Shown here: positions 9,705 to 18,643 of the stretch, piece by piece
How positions within the stretch are numbered: position 1 is the stretch's first letter
How the letters are laid out: each line of letters starts with the position of its first letter
Source of the DNA: Candidatus Binataceae bacterium
Lineage (GTDB): Bacteria > Desulfobacterota > Binatia > Binatales > Binataceae
Direction: 5' to 3'
Assembly (NCBI GenBank): GCA_035295545.1
Contig: DATGIT010000004.1
Location: 90,217-154,216, forward strand
Length of the DNA: 64,000 bases
Program-made: the position numbers and the translations under genes
Notes under the pieces: generated by a model
The model's database searches: none
Seen by the model: the letters and a program-made list of their open reading frames with translations, nothing else
Told to the model about the DNA's origin: nothing

Positions 9705-10587
9705 CGTCGACACCCATCAAGGTCTCGCCATAGGCGTACCGCGACTGGCGCGGATGCTCGGCGCGGAGGGAGTCACCGCAAGTTTTTTCATCGCGATGGG
9801 CCCGGACAATTCTGGCCGCGCAATCGTTCGCGTGCTGCGCAATCCCGGCTTCCTGACCAAGATGCGCCGTACGCGAGCGATCCGGATGTACGGCCTGCGC
9901 ACGGTGCTCTCGGGCACATTGCTGCCGGCACGGCCGATCGCGCTGGCGCTTCCCACCGTCGTTCGCGGCCTCAAACGCGCCGGCTTCGAGGTCGGCGTGC
10001 ACGGCTGGGATCACGTGCGATGGCAGGACGGAATCGACCGCCTCGGCGAAGCCGGAATCGGCGCTGAGCTGGGCGACGCTTTCGAGGCTTATCGCGCAAT
10101 TTTCCGCGAACCGCCGCTAAGCTTCGCCGCTCCCGGCTGGCGCACCAATTCGACGGCTTTGGTGGCACTCGACGCGATGGGATTGCGCTATCGCAGCGAC
10201 ACGCGCGGCCGCACGCCCTACCGCTGCCGGGTAAACGGCGCGACCCTGAGGACGCCCGAGATTCCGACCACGCTGCCGACGCTCGACGAAGTGATGGGGC
10301 GCGACGATCTGCCGAACGCGGGTGCCGTGCTCGAATTCTACCTGACGCAGTTTGCGCCCGAGCGACTTAACGTGCACACGGTTCATGCCGAAACCGAGGG
10401 CATGGCCGAACTGGATAACTTTGCCGCTCTGGTCCGCGCGCTCAAGCAGCGCGGCGCGCGCTTTATTCGCCTCGACCAGTTGGCGGCACGGCTCGGCGCG
10501 GCCGAACTGCCCGCGTGCGAGGTGGTGCGCGCGACGCTTCCGGGCCGCGCCGGCTGGGTCGCAGCGCAGGGACCCGATCCGGCCTGA
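9682..10587 (+). CDS. arnD: 4-deoxy-4-formamido-L-arabinose-phosphoundecaprenol deformylase (polysaccharide deacetylase fold)
   Basis: TTG start at 9682. EVALKIDVDTHQGLAIGVPRL...FFIAMGPDNSGRAI...GVHGWDHVRWQ parallels E. coli ArnD ([45 protein letters not shown]). The first 23 nt overlap the murF 3' end. Confidence 0.8.
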   Translation: MEVALKIDVDTHQGLAIGVPRLARMLGAEGVTASFFIAMGPDNSGRAIVRVLRNPGFLTKMRRTRAIRMYGLRTVLSGTLLPARPIALALPTVVRGLKRAGFEVGVHGWDHVRWQDGIDRLGEAGIGAELGDAFEAYRAIFREPPLSFAAPGWRTNSTALVALDAMGLRYRSDTRGRTPYRCRVNGATLRTPEIPTTLPTLDEVMGRDDLPNAGAVLEFYLTQFAPERLNVHTVHAETEGMAELDNFAALVRALKQRGARFIRLDQLAARLGAAELPACEVVRATLPGRAGWVAAQGPDPA

Positions 10588-10603
10588 TTCGTCCCGGGCT
10601 TGG

Positions 10604-11197
10604 TCACCCGAGCGCGCGCAGCGCCTGCTCGACGAACATCAGCCGGTCATTGCCCCAGAACATTTCGTCCCCGACAAAAAAGGTCGGGGCGCCGAACGCT
10701 CCGCGCGCGACCGCCGATTCGGTGGACGCGCGCAGCGCGTCCTTCGCCGCCGTCTCCTCCGACGCGGCCGCGATCCTGTCCGCATCCATCCCCGCTCGTC
10801 GCAGAACCTCGCCCACCACCGCAGGGTCGCCAAGGTTGAGACCGTCGCGCCAGAACGCGTCGTAGATCGCGCGGTGATACGCGGCGAACACGCCCAGCCG
10901 CTCGGCGGCGGTGGCACCGCGCATGAGGCGAATCGTGTTGATGGGAAAGTGCGCGTTGTGCAGCGGGGCCAACCCATAATGCTTAGCCCATCGCTGCAGG
11001 TCGGCCATCATGTGCTTGCGCTTGGCCTCGACGTTAATCGGTGAGGAGTTACCTGTCTGCTTGAATACGCCCCCGAGCAGCATCGGCCGGTAAATCGCTT
11101 GCGCGCCGGTGCGCTTGCAGAGCGCCTCGAGCTGGCTGTCGGCCAGGTAACTGAACGGGCTGCCGTAATCGAAGAAAAACTCGAATCGTTTGGACAT
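10604..11197 (-). CDS. 2-hydroxychromene-2-carboxylate isomerase family protein (DsbA-like thioredoxin fold)
   Basis: ATG 11197 follows GGAGG. MSKRFEFFFDYGSPFSYLA...GAPTFFVGDEMFWGNDRL is typical of the HCCA isomerase/DsbA-like family. Confidence 0.8.
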   Translation of the reverse strand: MSKRFEFFFDYGSPFSYLADSQLEALCKRTGAQAIYRPMLLGGVFKQTGNSSPINVEAKRKHMMADLQRWAKHYGLAPLHNAHFPINTIRLMRGATAAERLGVFAAYHRAIYDAFWRDGLNLGDPAVVGEVLRRAGMDADRIAAASEETAAKDALRASTESAVARGAFGAPTFFVGDEMFWGNDRLMFVEQALRALG

Positions 11198-11409
11198 CGA
11201 TGCCTCCGCGGTGCCGCCGCTTTCGCGCTTTAGTTGCATCACGCAACTATCAGGCAAATAGCATTGTCAGTTTCATGATGCAACTTCTGCGCTTCTGCTG
11301 CGCGAGACCGCTGCCTTTGCCAATTCATCCAGGCACATGCTCGCGAGCCGGTTGGATCGCTTCACCAGGGCTGTGTTACTTCTCAGGCACCGATGACCTT
11401 GACCTGGAG

Positions 11410-12609
11410 ATGTACGCGATGGATGCTCACGAAATGTTTGCCGAAAATCCGCGCGAAGTCGGACTCGATCCGCACAAGGTCGAAGCGCTATTCGAACGCG
11501 CCGCGCGCGAGGTCAATGAAGGCCTGCTGCCGTCGTGCCAGATTGCAATCGCGCGCCACGGCAGGATTGGCGCGATGCGCACCGTCGGGCGCGCGGTGCA
11601 GGGCGGAGTCGAGCGGCCCGCCACCAACGACACGCTCTACACGATCTTCTCGTGCACCAAGGCGATCATGTCGGCGGCGGCGTGGCTGCTGATCGACGAG
11701 GGCAAGCTCGACCCCGCCGAACGAGCGGCGGAAATCGTGCCCGAGTTCGGCAGCAACGGCAAAGACGCCATCACGGTCGAGCAGTTGCTGTTGCACACCG
11801 CGGGATTCCCGAATGCGCCCTATGCCCAGAATGAATGGAACGATCGGAGCAGGCGCCTCGAGCGCTTTGCCCGCTGGCGGCTCGAATTCGCGCCCGGCGA
11901 GCGCTTCCATTACCATCCGACCTCGAGCTTCTGGGTGATCGCGGAAATAGTCGAGCGGCGCTCGGGGATGGACTTTCGCCGCTTCGTGCGCGAGCGCATC
12001 GCGTTGCCGCTCGGCCTGCCCGGGATGCATCTCGGCCTGCCTCTCGAACTCGACGATCGCGTCGCCGAGCTGGTTTACGTCGGCGAGGCGCTCAGCGACG
12101 AAGAACTGCACAAGCTGGGCTTTCCCCCGATGCCCGAAAGCGAAGTGGTCGAGGAAATGATCCTCGGATTCAATCGTGCGCCGGTGCGCGCGGCGGGCGT
12201 GCCGGGCGGCGGCGGGATCATGACCGCGGCCGAGCTGGCGCTCTTCTACCAGGGTGTGATGCACAACCGCGACCGCAACGGACGGCCGCTGTGGAAGCCG
12301 GAGACACTGAGCGAGGCGCTGCGTCCGCGCTCGGGTGACTACACCGATCCCTATCTCGGCCACAAGGTGAACCGCGCCCTCGGCGTAGTGGTCGCGGGCG
12401 ACGACGGCATGGCCAACTTCCGGGGCTTCGGCAAGACCAACTCGCCGCGCGCCTTCGGGCATGGCGGCGCGGGCGGACAAATCGGATGGGCCGATCCGGC
12501 AAGCGGAATTTCGCTCGCCTACTGCACCAACGGCTTCGATCGCAACGAAATCCGCCAGGGCCGGCGCGGCGTGGCGATTTCGAGCCTGGCGGCCATATGC
12601 GCGGCCTGA
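11410..12609 (+). CDS. Serine hydrolase, beta-lactamase/esterase (class C-like) family
   Basis: I chose the start at ATG 11410. SxxK motif in YTIFSCTKAIMSAAAWLLIDEGKL, and a HGGAGG segment near the C-terminus. Confidence 0.8.
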   Translation: MYAMDAHEMFAENPREVGLDPHKVEALFERAAREVNEGLLPSCQIAIARHGRIGAMRTVGRAVQGGVERPATNDTLYTIFSCTKAIMSAAAWLLIDEGKLDPAERAAEIVPEFGSNGKDAITVEQLLLHTAGFPNAPYAQNEWNDRSRRLERFARWRLEFAPGERFHYHPTSSFWVIAEIVERRSGMDFRRFVRERIALPLGLPGMHLGLPLELDDRVAELVYVGEALSDEELHKLGFPPMPESEVVEEMILGFNRAPVRAAGVPGGGGIMTAAELALFYQGVMHNRDRNGRPLWKPETLSEALRPRSGDYTDPYLGHKVNRALGVVVAGDDGMANFRGFGKTNSPRAFGHGGAGGQIGWADPASGISLAYCTNGFDRNEIRQGRRGVAISSLAAICAA

Positions 12610-12638
12610 ACGCGACCGCTCGATGCCCGGCCTGGAGT

Positions 12639-13967
12639 TTACTGCAACCCTAATTCCTTGAGCGCCTCGCGATCGACGACCGGTGCGCGCCGGGTGCCCG
12701 CGGCCAGCTTTACGCTGCCGGGCGCACGCTCGAACGGATCGAGCAGCCCGATCCGTCTGGCATGCGCCTTGATTTCGGGGATCACTTCTTCGGCGAACAG
12801 CCGCATGCTGGTTCGGCGCGCGTCGTCGCCGATCGGTCCCTGGATGCTGAGGATGATGAAGATGCCGATCCGCAGCACGCTCATGATGCCCTTGATCCTG
12901 GGAAGGATGGTCGCGGGCGTGCCGACGATCACCTGCAAATTGCGTTGACCGCGCACCAGCGCGGCCTGCAGCTTGCGGCGAACTTCGGCAAAATCCATCT
13001 GCGCCTGCGAGCCGTGCATCTGCTCCCTGACCTTCTCGCCGCTGATGCCGAGCCATGCGCTGCTCTGCTGCTTGGCCATGATGCGGATGGCGGCCTTCGA
13101 GTTGTATCCGGGCGGCATCGTGTACTGCGGCGCGGAAAACGCGTTCTGGCCGCCGCCGTAAACGAAACCGGAGGCGGCTTCCTGCGCCTTTTCCTCGGTC
13201 TCGGCGACGGCGGTCGCGATCATATAGCCGAAATTTTCCGGTCCCGCCTGGTAGCCGTGCCGCGCGGCTTCGTCGGCGTAGAAATCCCAGAGATCGCAGG
13301 TCGGGATGAGCGGCGTGCCCAGCCCGATGTAGGGATAGCGATGCGCGGAGCACCATTGCACGGTTTCCGGACTCAGCGTGCCCGGAATCCACATCGGCGG
13401 ATGGGGCTTCTGATACGGCAGCGCCCAGGGGTTCACGTGGCGATAGTGGAAATGCTTGCCCTCGTAGCGCCACGGGCCGGGGCGCGTCCACGCCTGCACG
13501 ATGAAGTCGTGCGCCTCGTTGAACATCTCGCGGTTGTAGGCCGGGTTGGCGTTGTTGAAGAACTGCTCGCTGCCTGCGCCGCGCACCCATCCGGTAACCA
13601 GCCGGCCGCGCGAGATCAAATCGATCTCGGCCAGCTCTTCGGCCATGCGCAGCGGATGCTTGATCACCGGCAGCGGGTTGCCGATCAGCACGAGGCGCGC
13701 GCGTTTGGTGCGATAGGCGAGCACGGCGGCCTCGACGTTCATCACCGATCCCATGCAGATCGGATTGCCGTGATGCTCGTTGAGCGCGACCACGTCGAAG
13801 CCGATTTCTTCCGCGTAGCAGTTCTCGTCGAGGTAGTAGTGATAGTCGTCCGCCGCCCGCTCGCGGTCGTAATACCGGTTGGAGACGGCGAAGAAGCCGC
13901 CGTTTCTTAAAATCTCATCTTCCGGCAGCCATCGATACGGCCGCTCGGTGAAATACCCTATCTGCAC
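12639..13967 (-). CDS. Luciferase-like (LLM class) flavin-dependent oxidoreductase
   Basis: GTG 13967 follows AAGGAG. VQIGYFTERPY..., FDVVALNEHHGNP, and LISRGRLVTGWVRGAGSEQ resemble LLM TIM-barrel proteins. Confidence 0.8.
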   Translation of the reverse strand: MQIGYFTERPYRWLPEDEILRNGGFFAVSNRYYDRERAADDYHYYLDENCYAEEIGFDVVALNEHHGNPICMGSVMNVEAAVLAYRTKRARLVLIGNPLPVIKHPLRMAEELAEIDLISRGRLVTGWVRGAGSEQFFNNANPAYNREMFNEAHDFIVQAWTRPGPWRYEGKHFHYRHVNPWALPYQKPHPPMWIPGTLSPETVQWCSAHRYPYIGLGTPLIPTCDLWDFYADEAARHGYQAGPENFGYMIATAVAETEEKAQEAASGFVYGGGQNAFSAPQYTMPPGYNSKAAIRIMAKQQSSAWLGISGEKVREQMHGSQAQMDFAEVRRKLQAALVRGQRNLQVIVGTPATILPRIKGIMSVLRIGIFIILSIQGPIGDDARRTSMRLFAEEVIPEIKAHARRIGLLDPFERAPGSVKLAAGTRRAPVVDREALKELGLQ

Positions 13968-13995
13968 GCGCAAACTCCTTGATCGATACGGCGCT

Positions 13996-14778
13996 TCAGG
14001 CCGCGAGAAACTCCTCGACGACGCGGACGAATTCCACCGGGTTCTCCATTTCCGGGCGATGCCCGACGCCTTCAATCAGTGCCACCTGCGCGCCTTCAAT
14101 CGCCGCTCGATAGGCGTCAATACAACCGCGCGGCACGATGCGGTCACGCGTGCCCCAGACCAGCAGCGTGGGAATGCGCATGCCGCGCAGCAGGTGCGGC
14201 AGGCTGGGATTGTGCATGAACGGCTCCCATCCCAGGCGCGCGGTCTCGGCGCGCGCGTCCTCGAAGGCTTCGAACTGCTCGGGCGTCATGCGTGCGCCGT
14301 ACACGCGCGCGAATTCAGGAGTGCCGGCCGGATCGGCAACGACGGCGAGCAGATGGTTGCGCACGGTTACCGCGAGAAAATCCACGATCTCGCCTTCGCC
14401 AGGCTTTATGCCCATCGGGGCGACCAGCACCATGCGCGAAAAAATGCGCGGGTCAGCCGCCGCCATCTCGGCCGCGATAAATCCGCCGGCGGAAAACCCG
14501 ATGACATCCATCGGCGCAGCGTCCAATTCCCTGATGATCTGCGAGTACAGCCCCGCGAGATCGCGATAGCTGCGGATCCATTCGATTCCGGCGCTGCGCC
14601 CGAAGCCCGGCTGGAGCGGCATGATCAACTCTCGCCGCTCGGCCATCCGCTCGCTCCACGAAAGCCATCCGGGATAGCCGAGTTCGTCATGCAGGATGAG
14701 CAGCGGCTTGCCCCTGCCGCCGCGAATTACACGAATTTCAGCGCCCGCCGCACGGACGGTCTCCTCGATCGGACCCAT
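13996..14778 (-). CDS. Alpha/beta hydrolase (meta-cleavage-product-hydrolase-like)
   Basis: 260 aa. HG-type oxyanion region LLILHDELG, nucleophile elbow GFSAGG, and C-terminal GVGHRPEMENP. Confidence 0.8.
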   Translation of the reverse strand: MGPIEETVRAAGAEIRVIRGGRGKPLLILHDELGYPGWLSWSERMAERRELIMPLQPGFGRSAGIEWIRSYRDLAGLYSQIIRELDAAPMDVIGFSAGGFIAAEMAAADPRIFSRMVLVAPMGIKPGEGEIVDFLAVTVRNHLLAVVADPAGTPEFARVYGARMTPEQFEAFEDARAETARLGWEPFMHNPSLPHLLRGMRIPTLLVWGTRDRIVPRGCIDAYRAAIEGAQVALIEGVGHRPEMENPVEFVRVVEEFLAA

Positions 14779-14813
14779 TCCTCGTACCCCTGACGATCGT
14801 CGCGCGCGCGCAA

Positions 14814-15671
14814 CTACGATCTGGCCTGGATTTCAGCAAGCACCGGCATCAGATATTTCTTGAACCGCAGCGGATCTTCGGACATGGGGAAATGCCCCAT
14901 GCCCTCCATCAAAGTATAGCTGGCGCCCGGGACCGCGTCAGCCAGCGCCTTGCACGCCGCCGGATACGCCGACCAGTCGTAATCGCCGCTAAGGATGTAA
15001 AGCGCGCACTTGCGCGTGTCGATATTCTTCGCCGTCTCACGCAAATCGTGCTCGAACGAGTAGTAATACAAGTCGCCCTTGAACACCGGCGGCGCGCCCT
15101 GGCTGTACTCCCATACGGTTTCGCGCACGTATTCCTCGGGGGCGTTCGGCGAGCACAGGCTCATCATCATCGCCGGCTTCGATTCGTTCGACAGGCGAGG
15201 ATGGTGGAACCACTGGTTCACCAGGCGATCGGTATTGCCGCTCCACATCGATGCCTCCAGACCGATGCAGGCGCGGAACTCGCCCGGATAGTTGAGCGCC
15301 AGGTCGGACGCGAGATGACCGCCCATCGAACAACCCATGTACACGGGCCGCTCGAGCGCCAGCTCGTGGCAGAGCTTTACCCAGTAGCGCATGAACCAGT
15401 CCCTGGTCAGCTTGTACTCGCGTTCCCAGTGTCGAACAGAGGTCGGCGGCAGCGACTTGCCGTGGTATGGCAGATCGGCCGCTATCACGCGGAAGCTGGA
15501 AGTGATTTCGCGATCCTCGAGGAGGTGCCGATACTGGCGTCCGTCCGAGCCCGCAGTGTGCTGACACACCAGCGGGATCCCGCGACCCGCCTCCTCGATA
15601 TAGACGCGGTACTCGACCCCTTCCAGCTCGAGGTACAGGTAGCGGCCGACGATATCCGAAAACCTGGCCAT
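14814..15671 (-). CDS. Alpha/beta hydrolase
   Basis: 285 aa. PLVCQHTAGSDGRQY, nucleophile elbow GCSMGG, and C-terminal GMGHFPMSEDP. Confidence 0.8.
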   Translation of the reverse strand: MARFSDIVGRYLYLELEGVEYRVYIEEAGRGIPLVCQHTAGSDGRQYRHLLEDREITSSFRVIAADLPYHGKSLPPTSVRHWEREYKLTRDWFMRYWVKLCHELALERPVYMGCSMGGHLASDLALNYPGEFRACIGLEASMWSGNTDRLVNQWFHHPRLSNESKPAMMMSLCSPNAPEEYVRETVWEYSQGAPPVFKGDLYYYSFEHDLRETAKNIDTRKCALYILSGDYDWSAYPAACKALADAVPGASYTLMEGMGHFPMSEDPLRFKKYLMPVLAEIQARS

Positions 15672-15683
15672 AGCCCCAATCCT

Positions 15684-16094
15684 TCAAGCGCCGCGCGCTT
15701 CGATTACGCTTTCGCGCATAATCGCGTTGATGCGGCGAATCGCGTAGTAATACGCGTACGCCGACTCGAGATCGCCGCCGAAAGTGAAGTCGTGATGGAA
15801 CGATGCCGCGAACCAGTCATGGTAAAAGGGCTGCGGCCGCCGCTGCATCATCCTGATCCACACCTCCTCGGGGCCGCCGATGTTAATGCTGTAGGGATCG
15901 AAGCCCTGGGTGCCGTGCCGGAAGCTCCCGACTTTGCCGTTTTCGATGCGCATGAAATACGAATCGCCGCCGATGAAAAATCGGATATCGCAATACCAGA
16001 AGCGCGCGCTCAGCAAAAACTCCGGATCCCGATTGAGACGCTCGCGGATGGTTTCGACCGGCAGTACGAGTTTGACTGCGGCTTCCGTGCTCAT
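15684..16094 (-). CDS. Small protein, tentatively SCP2/sterol-carrier-like
   Basis: 136 aa, 12 nt upstream of the hydrolase gene on the same strand. The DPEFLLSARFWYCDIRFFIGGDSYFMRIENGKV pattern is reminiscent of the SCP2 fold. The functional call is weak. Confidence 0.55.
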   Translation of the reverse strand: MSTEAAVKLVLPVETIRERLNRDPEFLLSARFWYCDIRFFIGGDSYFMRIENGKVGSFRHGTQGFDPYSINIGGPEEVWIRMMQRRPQPFYHDWFAASFHHDFTFGGDLESAYAYYYAIRRINAIMRESVIEARGA

Positions 16095-16329
16095 CGTGTC
16101 CTCTCCATGGAAGTTCGACGCCCTGACATGGGCGGCGTGCGAGCGGGCGCGTGCATCGGCTTTCTCGCGCAGTTGCCGGGACAGTGCGATCCTGCGTCGA
16201 TGCGCGCTACGCTTGCATGGGGCCGGGACTATTTCAAGCGTTCATTCGTATGGTCTCGCGCGCTTTGCGCCGCTAGAGTGTGATTGAACCAGCCGTCTCG
16301 CAAACCAGCTTTGATTTGCCTTTCCGGGG

Positions 16330-17094
16330 ATGCAGATGCCGTCAGCCGCAAGCCACACAAATCCACCGGGCGTTCGCACAGGTTCGCGCAGCCTGCGCTA
16401 TCTCGCGGGCGCGATCGTTGTTCTCGCGTTTTCGGTCGCCATTGTTCCCGCACCGCGCGCGGCGCGCGAGACGACACCCGCCGCCGGTAGCGCGCCGTAT
16501 TTCCTGGTTGCGATTCCGGGTCTACCCGATCCGGTCTTCCAGCAATCCGTGGTTCTGATGCTGCCGCCCTCGGGCAACCTTCTCGTAGGCGGAGTCATCA
16601 TCAATAAGGTCACCACGATCCCGTCAACCAAACTTCTCCCCGGTATCGCGACGCTTAAAAATCCTCCCGGCGCGTATTTTGGCGGTCCGGTGGGGCTCAC
16701 GGAACCGATGCTCTTCATGCGCTCTTCGGCGCCCGTGCGCGGGATGACTCGGCTGTTCGACGACGTTTACATCACCGCCGATTCGGAGACGATAGTCAGG
16801 TTCCTGAAGACCGGGACGCCCGATGCAAAGGACATGCGGCTGTTTTTCGGGCGCGCGCAATGGTCAACCGACCAATTGCACGGCGAGGTGCAGGAGGGCG
16901 CGTGGTACACGGCGCCCGCGGAGGCCGAGCTGCTGTTCAACACCGACCCGAGCCGCGTCTGGCGCATCCTTATCGAACGCGCCCAGTTTCACGAGGTGGA
17001 CGTTACCGGCAAGCCGCGCGCCTGCGCAGATCGTCTCGGCACGGACGGATTCGCGCTTTTTCCGGTTTCGCGCACGGGCCGGTGGCTCGATTAG
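16330..17094 (+). CDS. YqgE/AlgH family (UPF0301) protein with an N-terminal signal/anchor extension
   Basis: YFLVAIPGLPDPVFQQSVVLMLPP...GGVIINK...YFGGPVG...FFGRAQWSTDQLHGEVQEGAWY is the AlgH/YqgE signature. It is preceded by about 55 aa containing the hydrophobic LAGAIVVLAFSVAIVPAP. Confidence 0.75.
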   Translation: MQMPSAASHTNPPGVRTGSRSLRYLAGAIVVLAFSVAIVPAPRAARETTPAAGSAPYFLVAIPGLPDPVFQQSVVLMLPPSGNLLVGGVIINKVTTIPSTKLLPGIATLKNPPGAYFGGPVGLTEPMLFMRSSAPVRGMTRLFDDVYITADSETIVRFLKTGTPDAKDMRLFFGRAQWSTDQLHGEVQEGAWYTAPAEAELLFNTDPSRVWRILIERAQFHEVDVTGKPRACADRLGTDGFALFPVSRTGRWLD

Positions 17095-17121
17095 TCCAGC
17101 CGGGGAGCATCGACCGCGATG

Positions 17122-18564
17122 TCAGCCGGGCGGCGTCGCGAGCGCGGCGAGCAGCTCTGCGCGACTGGGCTGGGCAATCGGCGGACGGCTCCCGTGATGG
17201 CGCAGGACGTCCTGCGTGAGCGCCACCACCATCGGATCGGCGTAAACTTCGTCGGGCGGGCTGATCATCCCCATCACCTTCCAGAACGCGCGGAAAATTG
17301 TCGGATCGAAGAGCGCCGCCGTGCGCAATTGTTCGAAAGTTACACGGCCGGCGACCTCCGGCGGGGCCGGCGGAAGCGGAGCGCCGAATATGCGGTGCTT
17401 TAGAATCGCCAGGCGGGCGGCATCGGTCGCGGCCTGATCTTCATAGTACGGCAGGATGTGCCGGCCGACGAGTTCATCGAAGGCGATCGCCTGCGCACGC
17501 GGCTCTTCGCCGTGCCGGTCCAGCACGTCAACCAGGTCTGTCACGCCGGTGAGCGCCAGCGTCAGTCCGCGGCCGAGCGTCGGATTGGTCGTGCACACGG
17601 AATCCCCGATTGCGATCAGTCCGGTTATCGCCGGCTCGCCGTCGACAACCAGGCGGCGCATGGTGTTGTTCACCGCGCCCATCGGGAAAACCTCGGTGAT
17701 CGGCTCAAGCACGTCCAGCCATGCGGCGTAGGTCGGGATCGTTCGCATCACCGCCTCGAAGACCCGCGCATGCCTGAGCGTCTTGAACCGGTGGTCGGCG
17801 GCCAGCGGAACGACTGCAAGTTGCATCGTCCCGTTGTCCGCGCCCCAGATGCCGACGGTGAACTCGTCGAGACCGATCACGATCCTTGTCGTGGCGGGCC
17901 CGGGCAGCCCGCTCGATCGACGCAGGCGGTAGTGGCGGCTGAAATAGGCAACGCCGCACTCGGCTCGCGACATGGCCGTCGAACGAGCGCCGATTTCATC
18001 GAGCCACCGGTCGATCGGCGAGCGACGGCCCGTCGCGTCGATCACCAGGTCAGCGGCAAGCTCGCCCTCGCTGGTCCGCACGCCAGTGACGCGCGGCGGA
18101 TATCCCGCGACGGCTGTCAGACCGATCACGCGCACTCCGTAGCGCATCGAAACCCGAGGCTCCGCCAGCACGACTCGCTGCAGAACCCAGTCGATGGTCG
18201 AGCGCCGGGTCATCAGCAGCGTGAACCGATCGTCCTCCGCGCGGGGCGTCTTATCGGCTAGCGACGGAGGCATCTGCGTCGCAATAGGCGCTTCGGCCAC
18301 GCCCGCGGCGAGCAACCGGCTGTACACGTCCGGCAGATACTGCATGAGCAGGAGACGGCAGCGCGCCATCACGATGTGCGGTTGCACGATTTGCGGCGCG
18401 GCCGAGCGCAAAGCGCAAGCCGCCGCCGACTCCCGGTCGGCCGCCGGTTTGAGCCGATCCTGCTCGAGCACGACGACCTCGTGGCCGGCGCGCGCCAGCG
18501 TCAGCGAAGACAGCAGGCCCGAGGCGCTTCCTCCGACGATTGCGACCTTCAGTGCTTTTTTCAT
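17122..18564 (-). CDS. FAD-dependent oxidoreductase/monooxygenase
   Basis: 480 aa. N-terminal dinucleotide fold KVAIVGGSASGLLSSLTLARAGHEVVVLEQD, and a later GD motif IAIGDSVCTTNPTLGRG. Confidence 0.8.
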   Translation of the reverse strand: MKKALKVAIVGGSASGLLSSLTLARAGHEVVVLEQDRLKPAADRESAAACALRSAAPQIVQPHIVMARCRLLLMQYLPDVYSRLLAAGVAEAPIATQMPPSLADKTPRAEDDRFTLLMTRRSTIDWVLQRVVLAEPRVSMRYGVRVIGLTAVAGYPPRVTGVRTSEGELAADLVIDATGRRSPIDRWLDEIGARSTAMSRAECGVAYFSRHYRLRRSSGLPGPATTRIVIGLDEFTVGIWGADNGTMQLAVVPLAADHRFKTLRHARVFEAVMRTIPTYAAWLDVLEPITEVFPMGAVNNTMRRLVVDGEPAITGLIAIGDSVCTTNPTLGRGLTLALTGVTDLVDVLDRHGEEPRAQAIAFDELVGRHILPYYEDQAATDAARLAILKHRIFGAPLPPAPPEVAGRVTFEQLRTAALFDPTIFRAFWKVMGMISPPDEVYADPMVVALTQDVLRHHGSRPPIAQPSRAELLAALATPPG

Positions 18565-18643
18565 CGATGCCGACCGGCCAATCCGTGCGTGGCGGCCGAT
18601 CGGAGTCAGTCCCGAAGCATCTCTGTGCCTGGGCGCAGCCGGT

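Noticed and set aside
8283-9713. 476-aa minus-strand ORF antisense to murF
   Set aside because: It is an antisense shadow of murF with Arg-rich low complexity. murF carries the canonical Mur ligase motifs.
11488-13590. 700-aa minus-strand ORF spanning the serine hydrolase and LLM genes
   Set aside because: The composition is Arg/Ala/Gly/Pro-rich, typical of an out-of-frame or antisense shadow in high-GC DNA. It has no recognisable motifs and overlaps two ORFs with clear family signatures.
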